From Callorhinchus milii (Eukaryota): a stretch of 64,000 nucleotides of DNA. Both the position numbers and the translations under genes were made by a program. Location of the stretch: NCBI RefSeq assembly GCF_018977255.1, contig NW_024704742.1, positions 135,658,001 to 135,722,000 of the forward strand, written 5' to 3'. How positions within the stretch are numbered: position 1 is the stretch's first letter; each line of letters starts with the position of its first letter. A model generated the notes under the pieces. It searched no databases and was not told where the DNA came from. It saw only the letters and a list, made by a program, of their open reading frames with translations. Positions 41,247-51,733 of the stretch are shown here, one piece after another.

Positions 41247-41400
41247 CTTTCAGATCATAAAAGTACTTTGCGACAATGTCATCCGAAGCCTTTGGGTAAC
41301 TAGCGCTTCTGATCAGCTGGTCCAGGTTCGGGGGAAGATTGACAGCCTGATTTTCTTCCGCTCTCTTGAATGATTTTATGAACTTGATTCCGTCTATGGG
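41247..41400 (-). CDS. Bicupin gene exon 5 (inter-domain linker): PIDGIKFIKSFKRAEENQAVNLPPNLDQLIRSASYPKASDDIVAKYFYDLK
   Basis: tgtgcaaag|CCC acceptor, AAAG|GTAACC donor, 154 nt, phase 0/1 matching both neighbours; non-repetitive island, translated by hand. Confidence 0.88.
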
Positions 41401-42202
41401 CTTTGCACATGGAAGACAGGAGACAAGAGGTTTTGGGGAAAGCGGGTTAAAATTGGACGGTGTGATGTGCTAACTGATAATAATAACACCACTAATCCTT
41501 GCATTTGACATAGCGCCTTATCACATCATTGAGATGTCTCGAAGAATATACTGCAAAGTGGATTGACTGCATATTTTGTGGGAGAAACGGAACAGCCAGT
41601 TGCACCCAGCAGTGGCCCACAAAGCCGTGGATTAAGTGATTTTGGGGTTGGATTAATACTCCCGGAAAAGGCGTGTGAAATACGCAGGAGCCCAGAGCCA
41701 GTCGGGTGGAGGCAGCGGGTAGTGGGTTGGAGAGTAAGCAGGTTGGAGAGGTAAGGAGGTGCCAGGGGATAAAGGGATTTGGAGACGAGAGTGACAATAA
41801 TAATAATAATAATCTTTGTATTTGATAATGCACCTTATCATGTCATTGAGACATCCAAAAGCTCTTCACAGAATATACTGTAAAGTGTAGGGCCGGGCAT
41901 TTTGTAGGCGAAATGTGGCAGCCAATTGCCCACAGCTGTGTCCCACAAACAGTGGTGGATTGAGTGACCAAATTATTACCATTATGTTTTTTGGAAGGAT
42001 TATTACTCCCGGAAAGCGATCTACCAATTGAGCAACAAATAGGTTCCTACTTACTGCGAGGTAAACGGAGGCGTGTGGAGTAAGGAAACTTGCCTAAGGT
42101 TTTACCCTGCCTGGGAATCGAACCCAAGTCCTCTCGTTTGCAAGGCGAGCGTTCTAACCAATATGCTACAGGACTCCACTTCACAATGTGCACTTCACTG
42201 AC

Positions 42203-42436
42203 CTTGAGTGCCCTGGCAGCGATATCCTGTGGTGTGGCGAAGAACGCATCGTCCACGTCAATGGAGCGGAGCTGCTCGTGAATGGTGAAGAAAAGGAGGA
42301 AGATAACCTCATCTGGCCCCACGTTCTTCATCCAGTGCATCGTGTTCTTGGGCAAGAAGAAGACCTGTCCCACCGTGATGTTAAACGTTCCTACCACCTT
42401 GGCATTTTCATCCACCACCCCAATCCACGCTGTTCC
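42203..42436 (-). CDS. Bicupin gene exon 4: GTAWIGVVDENAKVVGTFNITVGQVFFLPKNTMHWMKNVGPDEVIFLLFF...FFATPQDIAARALK (cupin 1, motif 2)
   Basis: ttttcctcctctag|GGA acceptor, AAG|GTCAGT donor, 234 nt, phase 0/0; G-x5-P-x4-H-x3-N motif 2 and the TP.D...A helix typical of OxdC-like proteins. Confidence 0.93.
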
Positions 42437-42944
42437 CTAGAGGAGGAAAAAGAATGCTCACATTCTAATAATATAATAAAAACAATAATAATATTCCTCG
42501 CATTTGATATAGCGCCTCATCACGTCATCGAGACGTCTCGAAAAGCTTCACAGAATACACTATTAAGCGGGATTGGGCTGTGTATTTGTGGGTGAATCCT
42601 CGCATTTGATACATCGCTTTATCTCATCGCCAAGACATCTCGCAGCGCTTTGCGGGATTTACTGTGAAGCGTAGTGACTGTGTATTTGTAGGCAAATGCA
42701 GCCAAATTGCACACAGTGCTTCACTTCACAGAATATGCTGTAAATTGGATCGACTGTATATTCTGTGGGTGAAACACAGCAGACAATTGCACACAGTAGT
42801 GTCCCACAAACAGCCATGGATTGGGTGAAACCGACGGCCAAGAAGTGAATGACCTGATTTTTATCAGGGGGAATGTTGGCCAGGGTGAAACTCCCTTATC
42901 GTTTTTAACTACTAATTACATTTTTATAACGCCATTATACATTT

Positions 42945-43320
42945 TTATAACGCCTTTCCCCTCGAGGACATCCCAAGGCGCTGGACAGTCAGAGATTTGG
43001 ACCCGAGCTGGGAGTTGGGATCAGGAGGGGTGGAGGGCAAGGTGGGTAGGGGGTAGAAGAGTGACTGAAGATGAGGTCGAAGAGGAAGGTCTTGGGACGG
43101 GCCTTGAAAGAGGCAAGGAAGGGGGCGAGGCAAAGGGACAGTGGGATGGAGTTCCAAAAGGTGGGGGCAGAAAGGCTTGAGGCCCGACAGCCGATGGTGG
43201 GCCAGGCGGGGCGGGGCCAAGTGGAGCAGGCCAGAGTTCGCCAAGAGGAGGGAGTCAGCGGGTCACAGAGACAGGGAGGAGCAAGGTCGTGGAGGACTAC
43301 GTGCTAAAGCCTGAGATCTT
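42945..43320 (-). mobile_element. L2 3' fragment in intron 3 of the bicupin gene
   Basis: Matches the L2 3' end (ttcaaggcccgtcccaagaccttcctcttcgac...cagcgccttgggatgtcc). Confidence 0.8.
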
Positions 43321-43369
43321 AAGGCTGAGAGCAGCTGGAATTGCAGGGCTGCATAGGCCATGGGCTTAC

Positions 43370-43576
43370 CTGCAAGACGTATCCATGTTCATTGGAGTTC
43401 AGGTGCCAGTGAGGAACACGCATGCCTTTCCTCTTGATGCGGAGGATGCTGCCAGTCATTTTAGACTGAAACTTGTTGATATTGGTACCAAATTCACGCG
43501 ACTCTCTGTCAGGGTATTCTTCTGGGTTCTGACGATATCTGGACCATTGCACAGTGCCTCCCGGGAACTTAAATAA
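43370..43576 (-). CDS. Bicupin gene exon 3: LFKFPGGTVQWSRYR...GMRVPHWHLNSNEHGYVLQ (cupin 1, motif 1)
   Basis: tctcag|TTA acceptor, CAG|GTAAGC donor, 207 nt, phase 0/0; R-x-x-H-x-H-x4-E cupin metal motif. Confidence 0.93.
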
Positions 43577-43999
43577 CTGAGAGATTATGAGAAGACTGTA
43601 TCTTAGCTCATTGAACACCCAGTACACAGTGGTGAGGTTTCCACCTCAATAAGAGTAATAAAGAGTTACCAACAGTAGTAATAATAAATATTAACTAATA
43701 ATAGCAATAAATAGTAATTAATAATAGTAGTAATAATAATAACCCTTGCATTTGATGTAGTGCCTCATTATGTCGTTGAGACGTCTCAAAGTGCTTCACA
43801 GAATATACAGTAAAATAGATTGATTGTATTCTGTGGGTGCAACGTGACAGCCAATTGCGCACAGCAGTGTCCAACAAACAGTTGGGGATTGAGTGATCAA
43901 TTTTATTTGGAGGATTGTTGTCCAGGACACCGGGAGACAGAGAAACTCCCTTCTTCTTTCAAGTAGTGCAGTGGGTCCACCTGAACAGGCACCACCATC

Positions 44000-46095
44000 T
44001 CCTCCGTCCAACTTCCATTACCTCGCCCATTCTCTCCTCAAACTCCAACTGTGAGGAGATGCTGGACTTCCTCGAATCCAAAATCGAGGGGATACATTCA
44101 GCCACTTCAGCCCCATCCACAGCCACCTCCACATCACCTCTCCCTCATGACCCAACCCCCACCCATTCCCCACCCCCCATACTCCTTCGACCGTATCTCT
44201 CCCTCCTCCCTCACCACGACTGTCCGCAAACTCAAACACACCATCTGCTCCCTCGATCCCACCCCCAGCTCTCTCCTCATCTCTCAGCTCCACCTTCAGG
44301 CCCCTCTCCTGTCTGATGTCATCAACCTCACCTTGTCCACCGGTTCAGTTCCCACCCCCTAAAAACAGCCGTCATCACCCCCATCTTGAAAAAACCTTCT
44401 CTGGATCCATCTCTCCTCTCCAGGGACCGCCCCTTCTCTAACCTCCTATTCCTCTCCAAGGTCCTGGAACGAGTTGTCGCATCCAGCTCCGTACTTTCCT
44501 TTCTCGCCATTCCCTCTTTGAACCCCTCCAATCCAGCTTCCCCACTGCCTATAGCACGGAAACAGCCCTGGTCAAAGTCACTAATGACTTTCTGAATATC
44601 TGTGAACAAGGCTCCCTCTGCTTCCTTGTCCTCTTCGACCTCTCTGCCACCTTGGACACAGTCGACCACTCCATCCTCGTGCACCGCCTCTCCACTTCTC
44701 AATCTTCGTGGACCTGCCCTTGCCTGGTTTGATTCTATCTCTCTCACCGTCTCCACTTTGTTGCCTTAACGATTTCTCCTCCAGCCCCCGCACTGTCATG
44801 TCTGGCATCCCCCAGGGCTCTGCCCTGGCCCTCTCCTCTTTAATATCTACATGTTTTGGAGTCCTGTAGCTCAGTGGTTAGAGCACTCGCTTTGCAAGTG
44901 AGAGACCTGAGTTCAATTCCAGCAGAGGGCGAAACCTTGGGCAAGTTTCCTTACTCCACACAGAGCCTAATAATAATCCCTCCAATGTCAAAAACAATAA
45001 TAAATTGGTCATTTTCAATCTACGACTGTTTGTCGGACATTGCTGTGCGCAATTGGCTGCCGCGTTCGCCCACAAATGTACAGTCAATTCCCTTTACAGT
45101 GTGTTCTGTGAAGCGCTTTGGGACGTCCTCCCGACGTGAAAAGCGCTATAACAAATGCAAGGATTATTATTATTATTATTATGCTCCCCCTTGGTGACAT
45201 CATCTGCAGACATGGGGTCAACTTCCACATATATGCAGATGACACCCAACTCTATTTTTCTGCCTCCACCCACTGCTGTCCTGACAGACTGTCTGTCGGA
45301 CATCAAGTCCTGGATGAGGGCAAATTTCCTACAATTGAATGTGAACAAGACTGAGGCCCTCCTGATTGGCTCGCGCCAGCGCCTCAGCACCTCAGGCTCT
45401 AGCAGCATCAACCTCCATGGTTTCTCCCCCACATTCAAGCCATGACCCGCTCTGCCTTCCTTTACCTCCGTAACATTGCCCGACTCCACCACTACCTCAC
45501 CCTCAGGCCGCTGAAACTCTTGTTCATGCCTTCATCCCTCCAGGCTCGACTATGCAAACGCCCTGCTTGTCGGCCTTCCCAACTCCACAGGCTGCAGATA
45601 ATCCAAAACTCTGCAACCCATAGCCTCTCCTACACCAAACTCCATGACCCAATCTCCCCCATTCTCGCCCGACTCCACTGGCTCCCTATCCTTAGAGGAT
45701 CTAGTTCAAGATCCTGGTCCTCACATACAAAGCCCTCCGTGGCCTCGCCCCACCCTACCTCTGTGACCTCCTAACCAACCCGCCTGTTCCGTCCGCTCAG
45801 CCGGTTCTGGCCTATTCCATGTCCTCCGACCCACCAGCCCCACCATTGGCGGGAGAGCCTTCAGCACTCTGCTCCCAACCTCTGGAATTCCATGCCCCAG
45901 TAACTCTGCTTTGCCCCCTCCTTAGCCTCTTTCAAGTCCCATCTCAAGACCCTCCTCTTCGATCATGCCATCGACCACCCCCCCTTCCCCTCCCCTCCCT
46001 TCCACCCCGACCCCAGCTCGGGTCTGAAATGCTATACTTCTGTCAGCACCTTGGGACGTCTTCCCAATACAAATGTAATCTTCTTGTTGTTGTTG
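44000..46095 (+). mobile_element. L2 LINE (about 1.8 kb of ORF2 3' half), antisense in intron 2, interrupted by a SINE
   Basis: KKPSLDP..RPFSNLLFLSKVLERVV, HIYADDTQLY and LHWLPI, with an L2 tail ending ttgttgttg. Confidence 0.92.
44858..45180 (+). mobile_element. Young tRNA(Ala)-headed Deu-core SINE
   Basis: A box tagctcagtgg, B box agttcaattcc, anticodon-like loop tttgcaa, (ATT)n tail; splits the L2 text aatatctacatg / atgctcccc. Confidence 0.93.
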
Positions 46096-46317
46096 AAGAG
46101 GCAGCAAGATTTAACATCTCATCCGAAGGACTGCATCTTTGACACCCCCAGCACAGCACTGGAGTGTCAGCCGGGACTCTATGGTTTCCAACTCCCAATG
46201 TGTGGGGCAAACCCACAAACTACGGACTCAGAGGCGAGAGAGCTACCAACTGAAGTAGGCTAACACAGCTAAGAATATTCTGTGATCGTAACATTGCACT
46301 CATCCTTAAAGACGTAC

Positions 46318-46535
46318 CTTGGACTTGTATAGATGGCTCAGGAATCTATATTTTGTATCGATCTGCGTCAATTTGGGCTTATTATTGCCGTCTGTTGGAG
46401 TTCCTTGCTGGTTTGGGTTGTAGAGTATTGAGGTGGTTTGTAGGTTACCACCACAATCAATGTGATTATAGTGGTTAGCACAGTGGCCAACAGACACACC
46501 AAGAAAATCTTCAGCGTGGAAACTGTCTTGATGGC
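46318..46535 (-). CDS. Bicupin gene exon 2 (218 nt, two open frames): TM frame AIKTVSTLKIFLVCLLATVLTTIITLIVVVTYK...AIISPN*; -1 frame ...KLTQIDTKYRFLSHLYKSK leading into the cupin
   Basis: Acceptor ccttttcccttccag|G and donor AAG|GTACGT. The -1 frame ending KYRFLSHLYKSK is phase 0 with exon 3 and parallels KYFYDLKGS before cupin 2. Confidence 0.8.
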
Positions 46536-47403
46536 CTGGAAGGGAAAAGGCAACCAGTGAGAGTTGCTGTGGATTCATAGAATGTTAGAAAGTTTACAGC
46601 AACAACAACTTGCACCCCTCACACAGAGAAGCATCCCAGAATGCTTGACAGTGGCGGAGCCGGGGGTGGTGGTGACTGTAGGCACGGTCGAAGAAGAAGC
46701 TCTTCAGGCGGGATCTGAAGACGGGGAAGAAGGGGGCAACCCGGAGGGATAGAGGACGAGTGTTCCAGAGTTTACAGCATTTGGCCTATCGTGTCCATTG
46801 CTGGTGCTCACTGCTCCCCCACCCCCCAAGAGCTTTTAGTCTCATCCCATTTTTCTGCTTTCCCTCATCTTGCATAGACTGGTCCTCACTCCCCCACTGG
46901 AAAGATTCCCTGCTGTCTCCCGATCGTGTCTGTGCTGGTGTTCGCTCCCCTACTGGAGCTCTCTACTCCAACCCCATTTCCTGCTCTCTCCCCATTGCGT
47001 CTGAGCTGGTGCTCACTCCCCCACTGGAGCTCTTTTCTCTGATTCCCCTGCTTTTCCCCTTTTACTTATCACTTTTATTCTTATTTCAATAACCTTCTGT
47101 ATGTAAAATTAGGGTTTTTCCCGACGGGGAAAGTCCACATTCAACTCCAGATACATGGGGAACTTGCATGTGTGGGTGAGATACATATGTCGAGCTCTCA
47201 GTCTTGATTTAGTTGCTCTTAAGTGTAGTCTGCGTTCCTCATAGAATCATAGAATCTTACAGCACATGAGTGGCCATTCGGCCCATCGTACCTATGACAG
47301 CTCTTTGAAAGAGTTACCAACTAGTCCCACTCCCCCACTCTTACCCCATAGCCCTGCAATCTTTTCCTTTTTAAGTCCGAGATGAGGTTGTGACATATGG
47401 TAC

Positions 47404-47493
47404 CTGGTATGGTTGTGGGGGTCCATGAGAGCTTGAAGCACCTTCCATCTGTCTTTCACCCAATTCAAATGCTGCGTTATCCTTACCAGGCAT
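47404..47493 (-). CDS. Bicupin (oxalate decarboxylase/germin-like) gene, coding exon 1: MPGKDNAAFELGERQMEGASSSHGPPQPYQ
   Basis: Acceptor tttttacag|A at 47505, ATG at 47493 preceded by an in-frame TAG, 30 codons, then donor CAG|GTACCA (phase 0). Joins in frame to the hydrophobic helix of the next exon. A second donor, CTG|GTAAGG, lies after 47487. Confidence 0.7.
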
Positions 47494-48989
47494 CTATGTG
47501 AATCTCTGTAAAAAGATACTATGATTCAAATTAAAAAGTAATACACATTTTCCATGCCAGCCTCCACTCTCCATCCCCACCCACACCTCTGTAATTTTCA
47601 TAATTAAAGTGTCTTTAAAAATAAAACACCCAGACTCACTGCATCTTATTGAGGACTCGCCTTCAAAGCTCTCCGCAGCCTTGCTCCTCCCTCTTTTGTG
47701 ACCTGCTAACTCCATGTCGACCCGTCCGATCTTTCCGCTCAGCAGGCTCCAGCCTCCTCCATGTCTCCCACCCAGCGCGCCCCACCTTCGGTCTCTCTGC
47801 CTCCCACTCCCCTGCTTTTTGGAACTCCATCCCACATTCCTTTCATCTTGATACCTCCCTTGCCTCCTTCAGGGCCCGTTTCAAGACCCTCCTAGTCGAC
47901 CACGCTTTTGGTCACCCTCATACCGTCCCTGCCCTCCACCCCTCCTCATCCCAACTCCAGCTCAGGTCCAAATTCCTGACTGTCCAGTGCCTCGGGACAT
48001 CCTCTTGACTTGAAATGTGCTAATCAAATGTAATTTGTTGTTGTTTGGTGTTGTTGATTGAGTTCAGAACCCCTGGAGTCATAAGCAAACTGTGTTTGGT
48101 GCTATGGTGCTTTGGTCAGGACGCACCTACTGCAAATGTCACGTCCTGCATGTTGAGTGAGCTGCGCTATGCACATGAAGTGTAGCTTATGTCATTTCCT
48201 GCGTACTGCATATAAGTGCTATGGACAGGAAACGTGTATGTCACCATGTATACATGAAATACACAGGAAGTGTTGCTGTCACTTTTCAATGGGAAACCCT
48301 TCTTTCACATATTGCACAGGAAGTAATATCAGCGAACACCTGACAACATAGAAATATAACATTCTTGAATCTATATCTTGTGCAGAAGGAGGCCATTTGA
48401 CCCATTGAGTCAGCACTGGCTCACAGAGCAAGGAGATCAATATAATCTTACCACCCCCCTCCTTATTCCCATACCTCTTCAAGTTTTCTATTCTTACAAT
48501 AATAATCGTTGCATTTGATATAGCGCCTTATCATATCATTGAGACGTCTCAAAGCGCTTCACAAATATATTGTAAAGTGGATTGACTGTATATTTTGTGG
48601 GTGAAACAAAATCAAGCGTAGTGACTGTATTTTGTGAGTGATCGTGGCAGCCAATCTGCACACAGAAATGTCCCACAAAAAGGCATGAAGGGAATAATCA
48701 GGACACTGGGAGACAGAAAACCTCTTCACTTTGAACTTAGTGCCGTGGGATCTTTAACATCCACCTCAATAAGGAGGTGTGACCTTGGTTTGACATCTCA
48801 ACTGAAGGATAGCACCTTTGACAACGCACAGAAATGCACTAGTGTGTCAGCCTAGACTGTGAGCTCAAAGTCCCAATGTGGAGCTTGAACCTACAAGCAT
48901 GGACACTACTGAGATAAACAAATGTAATCTGTTGCTTTTGTTGGTGTTGAGAATTGCCCTGGGATGGGAACAAGTTTTACATAAAATTA

Positions 48990-49335
48990 CATAGAATATA
49001 CAGCACAGAAACAGGCCATTCAGCCCAACTGGTCTATGCCGGCTCTTATGCTCTCCCCCACAAGTGCAAACATCTTCTCTATGTCTACCCTATCAAACCT
49101 TTCATAGTTTTAAAGACCTCAATTAGGTCACCCCTCACCCCTTCCCTTTTCAAGAGAAAAGAGTCCATGCTTGTTCAGCCTTTCCTGATAGGTATAACCT
49201 CTCAGTTCCAGTATCATCCTTGTAAATCTCTTTTACACCTTCTCCAGTGCCTCTATATCTTTTCTATAATGTGGGGACCAGAACTGTTTACAGTACTCCA
49301 AGTATGGTCTAACCAAGGTTCGATATAAGTTTCTA
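48990..49335 (-). mobile_element. CR1 LINE 3' fragment
   Basis: Reverse complement encodes [14 protein letters not shown] and a degenerate KR.G.RGDLIEVFK, followed by 3' UTR. Confidence 0.8.
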
Positions 49336-50055
49336 TCAAAAAAAAAGTAATTCAATTCAGCAGAAAGCCCAGCAGCGTGAGGAGGGAACTGAATGAGATG
49401 GAACAGAGTGAGAATTCTGTTAAGGAATTTGGTGAGAGTGGAAATTCAGTGCAGAGGGGGAAAGAGGTGCATAATTATAAAATATATAATAGTTATAGTA
49501 AAATAATATAAAACATGTCTGGGAATATGACAGGGCAGCTGAGACCGGTTGCATGCACAATGTATGCCATGTGGGAACTTCAAGATGCTTTGTGTGCCCT
49601 GGAAAAACACGTGTGTAGAAAATGCCTCTGGCTGCTCGAGCTTGAACTCAGAGATTCTGAGCTTGAGGAGAGGCTGTTGTCATTACATAGTGTACGGGAG
49701 GCTGAAGAGTTCATGGATTGAATTTTTCAGGAGGTAATCACCCCACATCCACAAAGGAGTCAGAAGGAGAGTGAGTGGGTGACCACCCAGCATGGTAGGA
49801 AGAGTGGATGGGCAGTGCAGAATTCCGCTGAAAGTGTGGCACTCACAAATCGGATCTCTATACTGAATACAGACACCTCTGGGGAGGGGAGTCAAAAGCA
49901 AATGGATGCACAGATTGTCATTGGGGACATAATGGTGAAAGAAATAGACAGGCATTTCTGCAACCAAAGACATAACTCGTGCATGGTATGTTGCTTCCCT
50001 GGTGCCAGGGTTGAAGACATCATGGAACGGGTGCAAAATGTTCTACACGGGGAAG

Positions 50056-50377
50056 GGAGTCCTGTAGCTCAGTGGTTGAGCACTCGCTTTGCAAGCTAGA
50101 GACCTGAGTTCAATTCCAGGCAGGGCGAAACCTTGGCCAAGTTTCCTTACTCCACACAGAGCCTAATAATAATCCCTCCAAAACCAAAAACAATAATAAA
50201 TTGGTCATTTTCAATCCATGACTGTTTGTGGGACATTGCTGTGCGCAATTGGCTGCGGCGTTCGCCCACAAATATACAGTCAATTCACTCTACAGTGTGT
50301 TCTGTGAAGCGCTTTGGGACGTCCTCCCGACATGAAAAGCGCTATATCAAATGCAAGGATTATTATTATTATTATTA
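50056..50377 (+). mobile_element. Young tRNA(Ala)-headed SINE in CR1 ORF1
   Basis: Full-length copy, short aagg duplication at the flanks. Confidence 0.92.
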
Positions 50378-51733
50378 AGGGGACCATCCAGAAGTCATGG
50401 TCCATGTTGGGATCCATGATGTAGGGAGAAAAAGGACTGAGATCCTATAGGGAGAGTATCAGAAGCTAGGGAAAAAGCTAAAGAGTAGGACCTCAAAGGT
50501 GGTGATCTCTGAATTACTCCCATTACTCCCAGTGCCTTGTGCAAGTGAATATCAAAACAGCAGGATCAAACACATGAATGCAAGGCTGGAGAAATGGGGC
50601 AGAAAGGAGGGCTTCAGGTTTCTGGATCATTTGGACCAGCTCTGGGGCAGGTCGAATCAAAGGTGAACATACTCAACTGGAAGAGGCTAATTTCAGTGAG
50701 TTAAAAAGGAACCGAGGAAAGAAAGATTGGTTGGTAAAATAGCTAACAAGCAATGGGAAGCCTTCAAGGAGGAAATAGTTTGGGGGCAGAACCAATACAT
50801 TCCCACAAAGTAGAAAGGCAGGGCATCCAAACCTCACTTGATTAATAAGGAAATTGGAATTAAAATAAAACAGAACAAGAGGCTTATGATAAATGTCAGG
50901 TCCAAAATACAGAAGATAATCAAATAGAATATAAAAAGTGCAGAGGAAAACTGAAAAAGGAAATAAGAGGGACAAAGAGATTGTTTGAGAAAAGATTAGC
51001 AGGTAATATAAAAGGGAGTCCGAAGGTATTTTATAAGCATACAAAGAATAAAAGGTTAGTCAAAGGTAGGGTGGGTCCAATTAGGGACCAAAGAGGAAAT
51101 CTTCTTGTGGAGGTGGAGGGCATGGCTGACGTACTGAATGAGTACTTTGCACCTGTCTTCAGAAAAGAAAAGGATGCAGCCAATGCCACAGTATCAGAGG
51201 AGAGGGTAGAGAAATTGGATGAGATAGGAATAAACCAAGAGGAAATACTAAAACAGTCATCGGTGGTCGAGGTAGATAAGTCACCCAGTCCAGAAGGGAT
51301 GCATCCTAGGTTACTGAGGGAAGTAAGGATGGAAATAATGGAGATTCTGGTAAATCTCCAGAAGCTCTTTCAATCCCCTTGGACACCGGGGTGGTGCCAG
51401 AGGACTGAAAGATTGCAAATGTATTCCCCTGTACAAAAAGGGACAGAAGGGATAAACCCAGGAACTACAGGCCATTCAGCCGCACGTCAGCAGTGGGGAA
51501 ATTTCTAGAGACTATAATCCGGGACAAAATAAATTTTCACTCAGGAAAATTGGGCTAATAAAGGTCAGCCAACATGGATTTGTTAAAGGCAAATCAATGT
51601 CTAACAAACCTGATAGTATTTTGTGATGAAGTAACAGATACCTGGATGAAGGCAGTGCAGTTGATGTAGTTTACATGGATTTTCAAAAGGTGTTTGATAA
51701 AGTGCCACATGAGAGACTAGTAAGCAAAATAAA

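Noticed and set aside
44858..44935. tRNA-Ala(TGC)-like sequence, and similar heads at 9174, 17464, 50056 and 52060
   Set aside because: It continues directly into a SINE body and tail and lacks a proper acceptor stem, so these are SINE heads rather than tRNA genes.
46920..47050. ~58-bp tandem units, also inverted at 20560-20660
   Set aside because: They resemble duplicated CR1 3' UTR text (ggggaatgggatt...gcacagacatgatggg), so they are treated as LINE debris.
37929..47493. Bacterial or fungal contamination as the source of the cupin gene
   Set aside because: The gene is split by eight spliceosomal introns filled with the same host SINE and LINE families as the flanks.
50981..51508. 175-aa ORF
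   Set aside because: Fragment of decayed CR1 ORF2; the surrounding frame is broken by stops and SINE insertions.
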